The notes beneath the pieces are model-generated. The model searched no databases, was not told the origin of the DNA, and saw nothing but the letters and a program-made list of their open reading frames with translations. A program made the translations under genes and the position numbers. Below are positions 15,615 through 25,714 of a stretch of 34,962 nucleotides of DNA, piece by piece; positions within the stretch are counted from its first letter, which is position 1; each line of letters starts with the position of its first letter. The stretch is from Bdellovibrionales bacterium (GTDB lineage Bacteria > Patescibacteriota > Patescibacteriia > UBA9570 > XYC2-FULL-38-9): the NCBI GenBank assembly GCA_044233365.1, contig JBIIKE010000002.1, positions 1 through 34,962 of the forward strand, written 5' to 3'.

Positions 15615-16886
15615 ATGGACAAGCAGTTTCCGGATGATTTTTTGTGGGGAGCAGCCACGAGTGCGCATCAAGTGGAAGGTGGAAATATTCATAATCAGTG
15701 GTGGGCCTGGGAACAACAAAAAAACCATGTCAAAAATGATGAGCAATCGGGAAAGGCAACAGATCATTACAATCGCTACGCAGAAGATTTTTCTCTGGTT
15801 GAAAAAATGGGTCACAACGCGCATCGACTGTCTATTGAATGGAGTCGGATTGAACCAGTCGAAGGGGAATGGAATGACGAGGCGCTCGCACATTACGGTG
15901 AAGTTTTAGAGGATTTGCGCAAAAGACATATGCAAACAATGGTGACGTTGTTTCATTTTACACTCCCGAATTGGGTCGCGCAGCAAGGCGGGTTTGAAAA
16001 TAAAAAAACCATCGAGGATTTCACGCGCTTTGCAGAAAAAGTCGCGCACGAAATCGGAAGTCTTGTCGACATCTGGTGCACCATTAATGAGCCAAGTGTT
16101 TATACGTCAATGTCATATATCTATGGGATTTGGCCACCGCAGCAATATCTACAGGTCTATACTGGTTGGCGTGTGCTGAATAATCTCGCACATGCGCATA
16201 ATCAAATCTATGCTCGACTTCACGATATTCTTGATACACCAGAACAACGCATTACAGTTGGTATTGCAAAAAACATGATTGATTATGAACTTGCACCAGA
16301 GCACAATACGCGCAAAAATCGCCTCGCTATGAAAATTCGCGATTATATCTGGAATGATTATTTTTTTGCGCTCACAAAAAAACACCACGACTATATTGGA
16401 ATCAATTATTATTTTCATCAGCGCTTGAGACCAAAAAATTTTTGGCAACTTGAACCAACGCCGACCAATGAACTGGATGTTGAAACCAGTGATCTTGGCT
16501 GGGAGCTCTATCCGCAAGGGCTGTATAATCTTCTGATGCGACTCAAAAAATACAACCTCCCGATCTACATCACCGAACATGGTCTAGCTGACGCGACTGA
16601 TTCACACCGACCGCACTATCTCATCCAATCGCTCGTCAAAATGCACCAAGCCATTGAAGACGGTGCTGACGTTCGCGGCTATTTCCATTGGTCATTGCTC
16701 GACAATTTTGAATGGCACGAAGGATTCACTCCGCAATTCGGCCTCATTCACATTGATTACGACACATTCAAGCGTACATCACGGAAATCCAGCAAGCTCT
16801 ACGCAGATGTGATATACTCAAATAGAATTTCACAAACACTTCTTGATCAGTATGGCTCGAAAAAAATCGAAACAAAAACCTCTTAA
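15615..16886 (+). CDS. Glycoside hydrolase family 1 beta-glucosidase
   Basis: It has FPDDFLWGAATSAHQVEGG, the acid/base TINEP, the nucleophile region YITEHG (canonical is ITENG), and FHWSLLDNFEW. ATG 15615 follows the EamA stop by 1 nt. Confidence 0.9.
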   Translation: MDKQFPDDFLWGAATSAHQVEGGNIHNQWWAWEQQKNHVKNDEQSGKATDHYNRYAEDFSLVEKMGHNAHRLSIEWSRIEPVEGEWNDEALAHYGEVLEDLRKRHMQTMVTLFHFTLPNWVAQQGGFENKKTIEDFTRFAEKVAHEIGSLVDIWCTINEPSVYTSMSYIYGIWPPQQYLQVYTGWRVLNNLAHAHNQIYARLHDILDTPEQRITVGIAKNMIDYELAPEHNTRKNRLAMKIRDYIWNDYFFALTKKHHDYIGINYYFHQRLRPKNFWQLEPTPTNELDVETSDLGWELYPQGLYNLLMRLKKYNLPIYITEHGLADATDSHRPHYLIQSLVKMHQAIEDGADVRGYFHWSLLDNFEWHEGFTPQFGLIHIDYDTFKRTSRKSSKLYADVIYSNRISQTLLDQYGSKKIETKTS

Positions 16887-17910
16887 TCAATCTTGCTGGG
16901 CAATTGCACGTCGTCACGTGCTGAGAACAGAGTTGATTATCCTTTATATCATTCTTATTTTGATTGGTGGGTACATTGCATTGGCTAACCGCGAGCATCG
17001 TGACGATTCGCAAATTACCTATGGCATTACCTTTAGCACAAAATATAGTAAAGAACTCGGAATTGATTGGCGTGAAGCCTATCTCGCGTTGCTGCAAGAC
17101 ATGAATATTGATCATCTTCGTATTCCGGTGTATTGGGACGAAATCGAGCCAGAGCCAAACGGTGAACTCCAGCTTGATGACGTGCAATGGATGCTCGACC
17201 GTGCCAAAGAAAATGATGCCAAGATCATTCTTGCAATTGGTGAACGGGTTCCGCGGTGGCCAGAGTGCCATCCGCCAGAGTGGGCAAAACAACAATGGCC
17301 TGCTGATCGAGAAGCAGCTGAGCTTTCGATGCTTGAGCGACTCGTTGATCGTTTTCGAACAAATAGCGCTATCGTGGTCTGGCAAGTTCAAAATGAACCG
17401 CTACTCTCTACATTTGGTGAATGTCCACTCAGATCAACTGAACACATTGCTCGTACTGTCCAAGTTGTTCGCAGTATTGATGATACTCGGCCAATCATGA
17501 TGACTGACAGTGGTGAGCTTTCCACGTGGGTTGGTTTGACTGATATCACTGATGTACTCGGTGTGAGTATGTATCGTGTTACGTGGAATCGTTTTCTGGG
17601 ATATTTTTATTACACCCTCCCGCCAGAATATTATTCAATCAAAGCCCGTGCAATTCGCCCGTTTGTTGATGATATTATTATTAGCGAACTCCAAGCTGAA
17701 CCATGGCCACCTGGCAAGTCAATTACGGAAACTTCACTGGCTGAACAATACACATCAATGAATCCAAAACGTTTTCAACGCAATGTTGATTATGCACAAC
17801 GAACTGGATTTACTCAGATCTATTTGTGGGGCCCTGAATGGTGGTATTATTTAAAAACGAAACATAATGATCCAGCAATGTGGGATACGGCCACTCAGTA
17901 TTTTCAATGA
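16852..17910 (+). CDS. Membrane-anchored clan GH-A (GH5/GH42-like) glycoside hydrolase, putative
   Basis: It has a basic N-terminus plus one TM (LIILYIILILIGGYIAL), LRIPVYWDEIEP, an NEP acid/base-like motif VWQVQNEP, and a later ISELQAEPW. It overlaps the GH1 gene by 35 nt. Confidence 0.6.
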   Translation: MARKKSKQKPLNQSCWAIARRHVLRTELIILYIILILIGGYIALANREHRDDSQITYGITFSTKYSKELGIDWREAYLALLQDMNIDHLRIPVYWDEIEPEPNGELQLDDVQWMLDRAKENDAKIILAIGERVPRWPECHPPEWAKQQWPADREAAELSMLERLVDRFRTNSAIVVWQVQNEPLLSTFGECPLRSTEHIARTVQVVRSIDDTRPIMMTDSGELSTWVGLTDITDVLGVSMYRVTWNRFLGYFYYTLPPEYYSIKARAIRPFVDDIIISELQAEPWPPGKSITETSLAEQYTSMNPKRFQRNVDYAQRTGFTQIYLWGPEWWYYLKTKHNDPAMWDTATQYFQ

Positions 17911-17913
17911 CCT

Positions 17914-19608
17914 ATGAATGAGATTTTTTTTAATGTCAGCATCATGTTGATTGCCGGCACAATCGCCGCAACAATTGCCAAGGCCCTGAAGCAGCCAATG
18001 ATTCCAGCGTATATTTTATCGGGTGTTATTATTGGCCCGCCCGTGCTCGGCTTGTTTCATAATGACGAGATGCTTCATACACTCTCAACATTTGGTATCG
18101 CATTTCTGCTGTTCTTAGTTGGCATTGAGCTTGATTTACGCGTTTTTCGGAAAGTTGGTAAAGTTGCAGTGATTGTGTGCTTGATTCAAATGACTGCCGC
18201 AGTCGGGATTGGGTATGTGTTTATTCGTTTCTTGGATTTTGATGTAGTCACATCATTGTTTATTGCTCTGGCACTTGCATTTAGTAGTACTATTCTGGGA
18301 GTGAAAATGATGGCAGAGCGGAAAGAGTTGGATACGTTGTATGGGCAACTTGTGATCGGTATCTTGTTAACACAAGATATTCTTGCGATGCTGACACTGA
18401 TTTTTATTCCATTGTTATTAGCAGGGAACCTTCAGGGCAGCGATGCTTTTGGTGCAGTTGCAGCAATTATCGGTAAAGCAATTGCGTTAACAGTTTTTGC
18501 AGTCGCGGTCTCACAGTTTATTTTACGATACCTTTTCCGATTTTTTGCGCATACATCAGAATTATTATTTCTCGGTTCAATTTGCTGGTGTTTGTTTGTT
18601 AGCATGCTGTCAATTCTCCTTGGATTTTCAGTGGAGGTTGGTGCGCTCATTGCAGGTGTGAGCTTGTCCTTTATTCCATACAGCATTGAGATCGGGAATC
18701 GCATTAGCTCATTGAGAGATTTTTTCTTACCATTATTTTTTGCAACTCTTGGTGGACAACTGCTCTTTGATTCATTCGTAGAATATATTATCCCAACCAT
18801 TGTGATGGTGTTGATTGTATTATTTGTTACACCAATTGTTGTTACATGTACATGGTTGATTTTTGGGTATCGTACGCGCACTAGTTTCATGGCTGGTATG
18901 GCGCTGGGTCAAATTAGTGAATTTTCTTTTGTCTTAATGGCTGTTGGTTTTACGAATGGAGCAATTTCACGTGATGTCATTGCGTTGATTGCATTAGTTG
19001 GTCTGATTAGTATGACAGTCTCTACGTATATGATGGAATATTCAGACACGCTCTATACAAAATTTCGTCCGTTGCTGAAAAAATTTGAACGCAAAAAATA
19101 TGCGAATAGTTTAGAAAATATTAGTCAAGAAATGAAAAACCATGTTGTCATTTTTGGATTTCATACCATGGGACAACGGATCGCGCGATTGATCACAGAT
19201 GTCAATGATCAGTCATTGTTAATTATCGATCACAATCCTGATGTTATTCGAGCATTGACCAGTACGTCATATAATTATTTATATGGCACCATGAGTGATC
19301 ATGAATTATTACAGCATGCACATCTTTCTGAGGCTGATTCTATTATTTCAACTGTTCCAGATCGTCGCTCAAATTTAGCATTACTGAATTACGTCCACGA
19401 TAATAAAATTAAAGCGACTGTTATTGTTACTGCGTTTCATGTCAATGAAGCGCTTGAATATTATGAGCTTGGTGCACATTTTGTGATTTATCCAACTTTA
19501 ATTGCAGTTGATGCAGTTGCTGATGTTTTGCAAAATCGTCATCATGCGCAACGGAAAACGCACATTAAAGAACTGCGGAATATTTTAAAAGAATCTCACG
19601 CTCTATGA
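17914..19608 (+). CDS. Kef-type (CPA2) monovalent cation:proton antiporter with C-terminal RCK/TrkA-N domain
   Basis: It has about 12 TM helices of a Na+/H+ exchanger-like core, then VVIFGFHTMGQRIARLI, a Rossmann-like RCK N-lobe. Confidence 0.85.
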   Translation: MNEIFFNVSIMLIAGTIAATIAKALKQPMIPAYILSGVIIGPPVLGLFHNDEMLHTLSTFGIAFLLFLVGIELDLRVFRKVGKVAVIVCLIQMTAAVGIGYVFIRFLDFDVVTSLFIALALAFSSTILGVKMMAERKELDTLYGQLVIGILLTQDILAMLTLIFIPLLLAGNLQGSDAFGAVAAIIGKAIALTVFAVAVSQFILRYLFRFFAHTSELLFLGSICWCLFVSMLSILLGFSVEVGALIAGVSLSFIPYSIEIGNRISSLRDFFLPLFFATLGGQLLFDSFVEYIIPTIVMVLIVLFVTPIVVTCTWLIFGYRTRTSFMAGMALGQISEFSFVLMAVGFTNGAISRDVIALIALVGLISMTVSTYMMEYSDTLYTKFRPLLKKFERKKYANSLENISQEMKNHVVIFGFHTMGQRIARLITDVNDQSLLIIDHNPDVIRALTSTSYNYLYGTMSDHELLQHAHLSEADSIISTVPDRRSNLALLNYVHDNKIKATVIVTAFHVNEALEYYELGAHFVIYPTLIAVDAVADVLQNRHHAQRKTHIKELRNILKESHAL

Positions 19609-20366
19609 GGTCTATCCTCCTCCTTTTGGGATTTTTTGCTGGCGTCGCTGTTCCAGCTGGATTGTTTTTGTATCACTTTGTTCCCAGCTCAATGAACAAT
19701 GAGCAGGTTCAGTGGTTAATTGGTGGTTTGGTCATCGTTCCTGTGCTGGTGGCATTTATTGGTGGTGTGGCATTGTTTTTTCAAACACAAACCTATCACT
19801 ATATACCGTTGCCTGGAGAAGATGATGAGAGAGACGATGAAGAGAATATGCACCTTCCTTCTTCAACAAAACAATCAGTTGTGCGGGAGCATTCACCACT
19901 TGAGTCATTTATCCGCGCGCGAGTTTTGGCTGTGTGTGAAGACGTCGAGGCCGCAGTTATTCATCAACCGTTGATTTATCAAACGACTGTGTATACGCAA
20001 TTTTCCGCCTATTTGCAACAGCAACAAGAATTTTTGCGGGCGGGATGGACAATGCAATTCGGCTTACGTATTACCGAACCGCATCAATTACGGTTGGTGT
20101 ATGAATTTTCTGATGATGAATTTTTAGCCGAGTGTGAAGGTATATTTGATTGCGTTGCGTCATATGGCGCAGTTCAACATTCCGTGCCACTGACAACTGA
20201 AGAAATGGGTCAGGCAGCAGTTGAACCGCATTTGGCACCGCCACTGATCGGGATGCCTGGCGTGATGCGTTTGCGATTGAAGCGCTTTGAGGCTGGTGGG
20301 CCATGGCTGATTACAGGGCTCTATGATACTGTCCGCGGTTTACAGATGGGCGAACCCGTTGTATAG
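19605..20366 (+). CDS. Hypothetical membrane protein (two N-terminal TM helices, acidic linker, soluble C-domain)
   Basis: An ATGA overlap with the antiporter stop suggests translational coupling. I recognise no motifs. Confidence 0.6.
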   Translation: MRSILLLLGFFAGVAVPAGLFLYHFVPSSMNNEQVQWLIGGLVIVPVLVAFIGGVALFFQTQTYHYIPLPGEDDERDDEENMHLPSSTKQSVVREHSPLESFIRARVLAVCEDVEAAVIHQPLIYQTTVYTQFSAYLQQQQEFLRAGWTMQFGLRITEPHQLRLVYEFSDDEFLAECEGIFDCVASYGAVQHSVPLTTEEMGQAAVEPHLAPPLIGMPGVMRLRLKRFEAGGPWLITGLYDTVRGLQMGEPVV

Positions 20367-20367
20367 T
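20339..20367 (+). promoter_or_regulatory. Candidate promoter of glyQS
   Basis: TTTACA (20339-20344), a 17-nt spacer, then TATAGT (20362-20367), about 35 nt upstream of ATG 20402. Confidence 0.4.
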
Positions 20368-20401
20368 AGACCCATATTTATTGAGTATTTTTGGCTTTTT
20401 T

Positions 20402-21784
20402 ATGAGTGCAGAATTTGATATTGACGACATTATTTCATTGTCAAAACGGCGTGGCTTTGTGTATCCGTCTTCAGAAATTTATGGTGGCTTTGCAGCAGTG
20501 TATGATTACGGTCCATATGGCGTTGAGCTCGCCAATAACATTAAAGCAGCGTGGTGGAAAGCAATGGTGCAAATGCGCGATGATATTGTTGGATTGGATT
20601 CATCGATTTTTATGTCCCCAAAAATTTGGGAAGCCAGTGGACATGTCAGTGGTTTTTCTGACCCAATGATTGAATGCCGTGAATGTCAAACACGGTCTCG
20701 TGTCGATCATCTTCTTGAAGATATTGGCGTCGTTGCAGATGAAAAAATGTCAGCCGAAGAAATTACGGAGTTGGTTCGCGCGAATGAGTCAAAAATCAAA
20801 TGCCCGAAATGCGGTGAGCAAAATTTTACTGATGTGAAAAAATTCAATTTGCTTGTTGAAAGTAATCTTGGAGACTTTAGCGGAGAAGGGAAAGATCCGG
20901 TGTATTTGCGTGGTGAAACGTGTCAGGGAATTTATGTGAACTATAAAAATGTTCTCGATTCTTCACGTGTGAAAGTTCCATTTGGTATCGCGCAAATTGG
21001 AAAAGCCTTTCGAAATGAAATCACAGCGCGACAATTTATTTTCCGCACTCGTGAATTTGAACAGATGGAGATGCAATATTTCACAACGCCAGATCAAGAA
21101 ATGGTGGAATATGAAAAATTACGGCAGGCACGATGGCAGTATTATTTGGATTTAGGAATTACGCCCGAGAAGCTGAAATGGCATAAGCATGAAAATTTAG
21201 TGTTCTACGCGAAAGAAGCCTATGACATTGAATATGAATTTCCATTTGGGTGGAAAGAGCTAGAAGGAGTTCATGCGCGTGGGAACTATGATTTAACACA
21301 ACACTCTCAGCATTCAGGACAAGATTTACAATACATGGATCCACAAACGAATGAGAAATATTTGCCACACATTGTAGAAAGCTCAGTTGGTGTTGGTCGT
21401 ACGATGCTTATGGTGTTGTCCGATGCCTATACAGTTGAAAAAACAGATGGTGGAGAACGAACCGTGATGAAATTTAGTCCAAAACTTGCGCCAGTGAAAG
21501 CTGCGGTATTCCCGTTAATGCGCAATAAGCCGGAGTTAGTGAGCAAAGCGCGTGAAGTGTATGACATGCTCAAGCCGCATATGATGACTGAGTTTGATGA
21601 CAACGGAAACGTCGGTAAGCGCTATCGTCGTCAAGATGAAATCGGAACTCCATATTGCGTGACGATTGATTTTGATACGCTCGAAACTGGCAACGTGACG
21701 GTGCGTGATCGCGATACAATGGAACAACAGTCGATTGCTATCAACGAACTGACAGCGTGGTTGCAAGAAAAGATAAATGGTTAA
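20402..21784 (+). CDS. glyQS: Glycine--tRNA ligase, dimeric class II (GlyQS type)
   Basis: It has RRGFVYPSSEIYGG, the motif 2 region FRNEITARQFIFRTREFEQMEMQYF, and the anticodon-binding tail GKRYRRQDEIGTPYCVTID. I prefer ATG 20402 over the TTG at 20381. Confidence 0.93.
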   Translation: MSAEFDIDDIISLSKRRGFVYPSSEIYGGFAAVYDYGPYGVELANNIKAAWWKAMVQMRDDIVGLDSSIFMSPKIWEASGHVSGFSDPMIECRECQTRSRVDHLLEDIGVVADEKMSAEEITELVRANESKIKCPKCGEQNFTDVKKFNLLVESNLGDFSGEGKDPVYLRGETCQGIYVNYKNVLDSSRVKVPFGIAQIGKAFRNEITARQFIFRTREFEQMEMQYFTTPDQEMVEYEKLRQARWQYYLDLGITPEKLKWHKHENLVFYAKEAYDIEYEFPFGWKELEGVHARGNYDLTQHSQHSGQDLQYMDPQTNEKYLPHIVESSVGVGRTMLMVLSDAYTVEKTDGGERTVMKFSPKLAPVKAAVFPLMRNKPELVSKAREVYDMLKPHMMTEFDDNGNVGKRYRRQDEIGTPYCVTIDFDTLETGNVTVRDRDTMEQQSIAINELTAWLQEKING

Positions 21785-21785
21785 T

Positions 21786-21794
21786 TGATATAAT
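21786..21794 (+). promoter_or_regulatory. Extended -10 element (TGaTATAAT) positioned for a leaderless transcript
   Basis: TGATATAAT is followed by exactly 6 nt (ctgcat) and then ATG 21801. Confidence 0.45.
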
Positions 21795-21800
21795 CTGCAT

Positions 21801-23081
21801 ATGATGAAACAGGCAAAATTGAAAAATGGTATTCCGGTGATTATTGATCGGATGGAAGGCACAAAAGTCGTGACTGCGTATGTCTTGTTTTCTGTCGGCA
21901 GCCGCCATGAAACAAAGCGTACTAACGGCATTTCACATTTTCTTGAACACTTGTTTTTTAAAGGCACAGAAAAGCGACCGTCGACATTGATTCTCAGTCG
22001 CGAATTGGATGGTGTTGGCGCTGACTTTAATGCGTTCACGGGTAAAGATTACACTGGCTATTATGTGAAATTGGATTCGCGTCACACAACACTCGCGCTT
22101 GATATTCTTGAAGACCTCTTGTTTCATCCATTGTTCGAGGCAGAAGAAATTGAACGTGAGCGGGGAGTGATTATCGAAGAGATTAATATGTACGAGGATA
22201 ATCCAATGTCGATTGCTGATGAGCTTTCAGAACAGCTGTTATTTGGAGCGGACCACCCACTTGGATACCGTATTGCAGGGCCAATTGAAAATATCAAACG
22301 AGTGACGCGCAAAGAAATTTTGGATTATCGCACAGAGCATTATCACCCTGGTTCAATGGTGATTGTGTTGACGGGTGACGTGCCGAACAATGCTCTGGCG
22401 CAACTCAATACATTATTTGGCAGCACAACACACGCCAAAAAGAAATTACGCTCACCAAAAAAATTCGTCTTTACACAAAAACAACCCCGGATTCAGATTG
22501 AAAAAAAATCGACAGCCCAAGCGCATCTGTCACTGGCTTTTCCTGGCCCGGCGCATCGTGCCAAAGATGAATTGCCAGCGAAACTTCTTTCAACGATTCT
22601 CGGTGGGAGTATGAGTTCGCGTTTGTTCATTAATATTCGTGAGCGGATGGGTTTGTGTTATTACATTGGTAGCAATGTTTCGCCATATGCTGATCAAGGT
22701 GCATTTGCGATTTTTGCTGGCTTTGATCGAACGCGTATTAACGATGCGATCACCGCAATTGTGAATGAGGTGCGTTCTATTCGTGACAATGGTGTAACCG
22801 AAGAAGAGCTTGCACAAGCCAAAGAATATATTCGAGGGAAGATGAGTATTCGAATGGAAGATTCAGAAAATGTTGCGGGATTTTGGGGGCAACAATTTTT
22901 GCACGCACGCAATTTACGTTCACAAGAAGAGTTTAGTCGCGCACTGGAAAAAATCACCGCGAAAGATTTGAAAAAATTTGCCCAAAAATATCTCAAACAA
23001 GAATTTGCCAACCTCGTTGTTGTTGGTAATTACTCAGTGAAACAAAAAACTGCCTTTCTCAAAATCATCAAACAATTATAA
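21801..23081 (+). CDS. M16-family (pitrilysin/insulinase-like) zinc peptidase
   Basis: It has the inverted zinc motif HxxEH in GISHFLEHLFFKGT, a downstream E in REL/EEI, and a two-domain length of 426 aa. Confidence 0.88.
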   Translation: MMKQAKLKNGIPVIIDRMEGTKVVTAYVLFSVGSRHETKRTNGISHFLEHLFFKGTEKRPSTLILSRELDGVGADFNAFTGKDYTGYYVKLDSRHTTLALDILEDLLFHPLFEAEEIERERGVIIEEINMYEDNPMSIADELSEQLLFGADHPLGYRIAGPIENIKRVTRKEILDYRTEHYHPGSMVIVLTGDVPNNALAQLNTLFGSTTHAKKKLRSPKKFVFTQKQPRIQIEKKSTAQAHLSLAFPGPAHRAKDELPAKLLSTILGGSMSSRLFINIRERMGLCYYIGSNVSPYADQGAFAIFAGFDRTRINDAITAIVNEVRSIRDNGVTEEELAQAKEYIRGKMSIRMEDSENVAGFWGQQFLHARNLRSQEEFSRALEKITAKDLKKFAQKYLKQEFANLVVVGNYSVKQKTAFLKIIKQL

Positions 23082-23090
23082 ACGAGGAAT

Positions 23091-24161
23091 ATGAATGAAA
23101 ATAAAAAAAAATTCACAGATAAAATTGATTATCGAATCACATTTAGCACGCTTGGGATTTTAAAAGTTCTTGGCATTCTCGCTGTTGTTTTTCTCGTATT
23201 TTATCTTCGTCAAGTCTTTGGCTTGTTGTTTATTGCGCTCGTGTTGGCATCTGCTGTTGATCCACTCATTGATCGTTTGCAGCGGTATCATATCCCACGT
23301 GGTGTCAGTATTTTGGTGATTTACGCACTAGCCGCTGTTGCGATTTTCGTCGTTGTCGCTGTCTTGATTCCGCCACTACTCCTCCAAATAGCACAGCTTG
23401 GCAGTACGCTTACGAATTACACGCCAGGAATTGATCATCTCTATCAATATATTACGCAGAATCCAGACGCAACGGTCGTTGATGCAGTGCGTAATAACCT
23501 CAGTGCACTGAATGCATCTATCACCTCACTCACGAGCAGCTTTTTTGCAACGATCAGCAACGCCCTGTCTGTTGTAGCAAGTATTATTTTTGTGTTGGTG
23601 ATTACGTTCTATATCACCATTGAAGAAGATGGTCTCAAAAAATTCATCCGATCTGTTGCGCCAATTCAGTTTCAGCCGTATCTTGTGCAAAAAACCAATC
23701 GGATTCAGGATCGGCTCGGTGTCTGGCTGTCTGGCCAATTGGGCTTGATGGTGATTATTGGTGTCCTGACATTTATCGGCTTGTCATTAATTGGTGTGCC
23801 ATATCCATTAGTACTGGCGCTACTGGCTGGTTTATTTGAGTTTATTCCGTTTATTGGTCCGTTTATCGCAGCTGTTCCAGCGGTGTTTTTTGCCTTTACA
23901 GATTCACCGTGGAAGGCGCTCGCGGTTGTTGTCTTCTATTTGATTCTTCAACAACTTGAAAATCAGGTGTTGGTTCCAAAAATTATGCAACGTGCACTCG
24001 GATTATCACCAATTGTGATTTTAACGGCTGTGCTTATTGGCGCAAGGATCGCCGGGCTCCCAGGAATTTTACTCGCGGTTCCAGCAGTGACTATTTTGTG
24101 GATTTTTGTCGAAGATGTTGTGCGACAAAAAATGGAAGCTGATAATTCATTAGAAGACTAA
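23091..24161 (+). CDS. AI-2E family transporter (PerM/UPF0118-like permease)
   Basis: It has about 8 TM helices and the characteristic LILQQLENQVLVPKIM segment. Confidence 0.8.
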   Translation: MNENKKKFTDKIDYRITFSTLGILKVLGILAVVFLVFYLRQVFGLLFIALVLASAVDPLIDRLQRYHIPRGVSILVIYALAAVAIFVVVAVLIPPLLLQIAQLGSTLTNYTPGIDHLYQYITQNPDATVVDAVRNNLSALNASITSLTSSFFATISNALSVVASIIFVLVITFYITIEEDGLKKFIRSVAPIQFQPYLVQKTNRIQDRLGVWLSGQLGLMVIIGVLTFIGLSLIGVPYPLVLALLAGLFEFIPFIGPFIAAVPAVFFAFTDSPWKALAVVVFYLILQQLENQVLVPKIMQRALGLSPIVILTAVLIGARIAGLPGILLAVPAVTILWIFVEDVVRQKMEADNSLED

Positions 24162-24179
24162 CTTTTTTTCTGAGCTCAC

Positions 24180-25712
24180 ATGCCTGATTCAAAAAAACAA
24201 TTCACGATTGCGACAGCGATTCCGTATTTGAATGCAAAAGCGCACATTGGCCATGCATTAGAATATGTATTTTCAGATGTGATTGCGCGTTATCACAAGC
24301 AGCAGGGTGAGGATGTTGTTGCGATTATGGGCGCGGATGAGCACGGGCAAAAAATTGCTCGGAGTGCTGAAGATTCTGACGTGACTCCGCAAGCGTATGT
24401 TGATTCGCTCGTTCCACAATTTCTTGAGTTGCATACCGCGCTTGGTGTTTCATATGACAGATTTGTCCGAACAACTGACGCAGATCATGCGCGTATTGCG
24501 CAAGAGCTCTGGAAAAAAGTGCAGGCAGCAGGCTTTATTGATGAGCGTGAATATGAAGGGTTGTATTGTGTTGGTTGTGAAGCGTTTAAAACTGAAGCAG
24601 AATTAGTGGATGGAAAATGCCCTGATCATTTGAAAGAGCCAGAAATGATTCGGGAGAAGAATTACTTTTTTCAGTTATCAAAACTTCAGCAGCCGCTGCT
24701 TGAATGGTACGACGCGCATCCGGAATGGATTGTGCCACAATCAAAGATGAATGAAATGCGTGCGTTTATTGAGCGTGGTCTCGATGATATTTCGATTAGT
24801 CGTGATGTGTCAAAAATGTCATGGGGCGTTCCGGTTCCAGATGATGATTCGCAGGTGATGTACGTGTGGTTTGACGCGCTGCCGAATTATCTGACAGGCG
24901 CAGGTGTGACTCCGGAAATGATTGCGAGCGGCGACGTGTCTGGTTCTCGTTGGCCAGTTGACCTGATTAACCTTGGAAAAGATATTAATCGTTTTCATGC
25001 TATTTTGTTTGCCGCGATGTTGATTGCAGCAGATCTGCCGCTGCCAAAGCAGCTTGGTGTGCATGGATTTATTTCTGTGAATGGACAAAAAATGAGTAAA
25101 TCTATCGGGAATGTTATTGACCCAATGGATTTGATTGCGACATTTGGAGCGGAAGCGACTCGCTATTTGTTGATGGCTGAAATTTCATTCCAATCTGATG
25201 GTGATATTTCGATGGAGAAGTTGCATGATCGCTACACCGCAGACCTGAGTAATGGTATTGGAAACTTATTATCACGAACGACAACAATGGTTGAAAAGTT
25301 TTGTACACAAGCAGATGAATGTACATGTCATATAGACGAACAAACAACACATATGTTTAATAAGCTTGTTTTCACTGAAGCAGTGGAAGGATCAATCATG
25401 TGTATGGAGCAATTTGATTTTCATTTAGCCATTCAAAAAATACAACATATTATTAAAATATGTAATGAAACACTTGAACGAGAAAAACCATGGGAAGTGA
25501 TTAAATTGCAAGACTCTGCATTTGAAGCTCGAATTGGAGCCGCACTTTCAGCATTACGTTTTTCATTAGTTGGATTAGAAGCTTGCGCCCCGCTTTTACA
25601 ACCATTCATGCCAGAAACAGCTCAAAAAATCATTGATACTGTACACATTTCTGATATTCAGCACATCACAAAAGCCGCTCCGCTTTTTCCACGCATTGAA
25701 TTAAACAAATAA
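24180..25712 (+). CDS. metG: Methionine--tRNA ligase (short form, no C-terminal tRNA-binding appendage)
   Basis: It has the HIGH motif AHIGHALEY, the KMSKS motif KMSKSIGN, and a single zinc knuckle CVGCEAF...CPDH. Confidence 0.93.
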   Translation: MPDSKKQFTIATAIPYLNAKAHIGHALEYVFSDVIARYHKQQGEDVVAIMGADEHGQKIARSAEDSDVTPQAYVDSLVPQFLELHTALGVSYDRFVRTTDADHARIAQELWKKVQAAGFIDEREYEGLYCVGCEAFKTEAELVDGKCPDHLKEPEMIREKNYFFQLSKLQQPLLEWYDAHPEWIVPQSKMNEMRAFIERGLDDISISRDVSKMSWGVPVPDDDSQVMYVWFDALPNYLTGAGVTPEMIASGDVSGSRWPVDLINLGKDINRFHAILFAAMLIAADLPLPKQLGVHGFISVNGQKMSKSIGNVIDPMDLIATFGAEATRYLLMAEISFQSDGDISMEKLHDRYTADLSNGIGNLLSRTTTMVEKFCTQADECTCHIDEQTTHMFNKLVFTEAVEGSIMCMEQFDFHLAIQKIQHIIKICNETLEREKPWEVIKLQDSAFEARIGAALSALRFSLVGLEACAPLLQPFMPETAQKIIDTVHISDIQHITKAAPLFPRIELNK

Positions 25713-25714
25713 CT

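Noticed and set aside
16768-17391. A 207-aa minus-strand ORF antisense to the GH-A-like gene.
   Set aside because: It is fully embedded antisense in a gene with recognisable motifs. Its composition is Cys/Phe/Asn-rich and low in complexity, with no start context. It is a typical shadow ORF. The same reasoning applies to 21536..22039, 18432..18890, 31025..31456, 32033..32449, 29953..30384 and 14914..15342.
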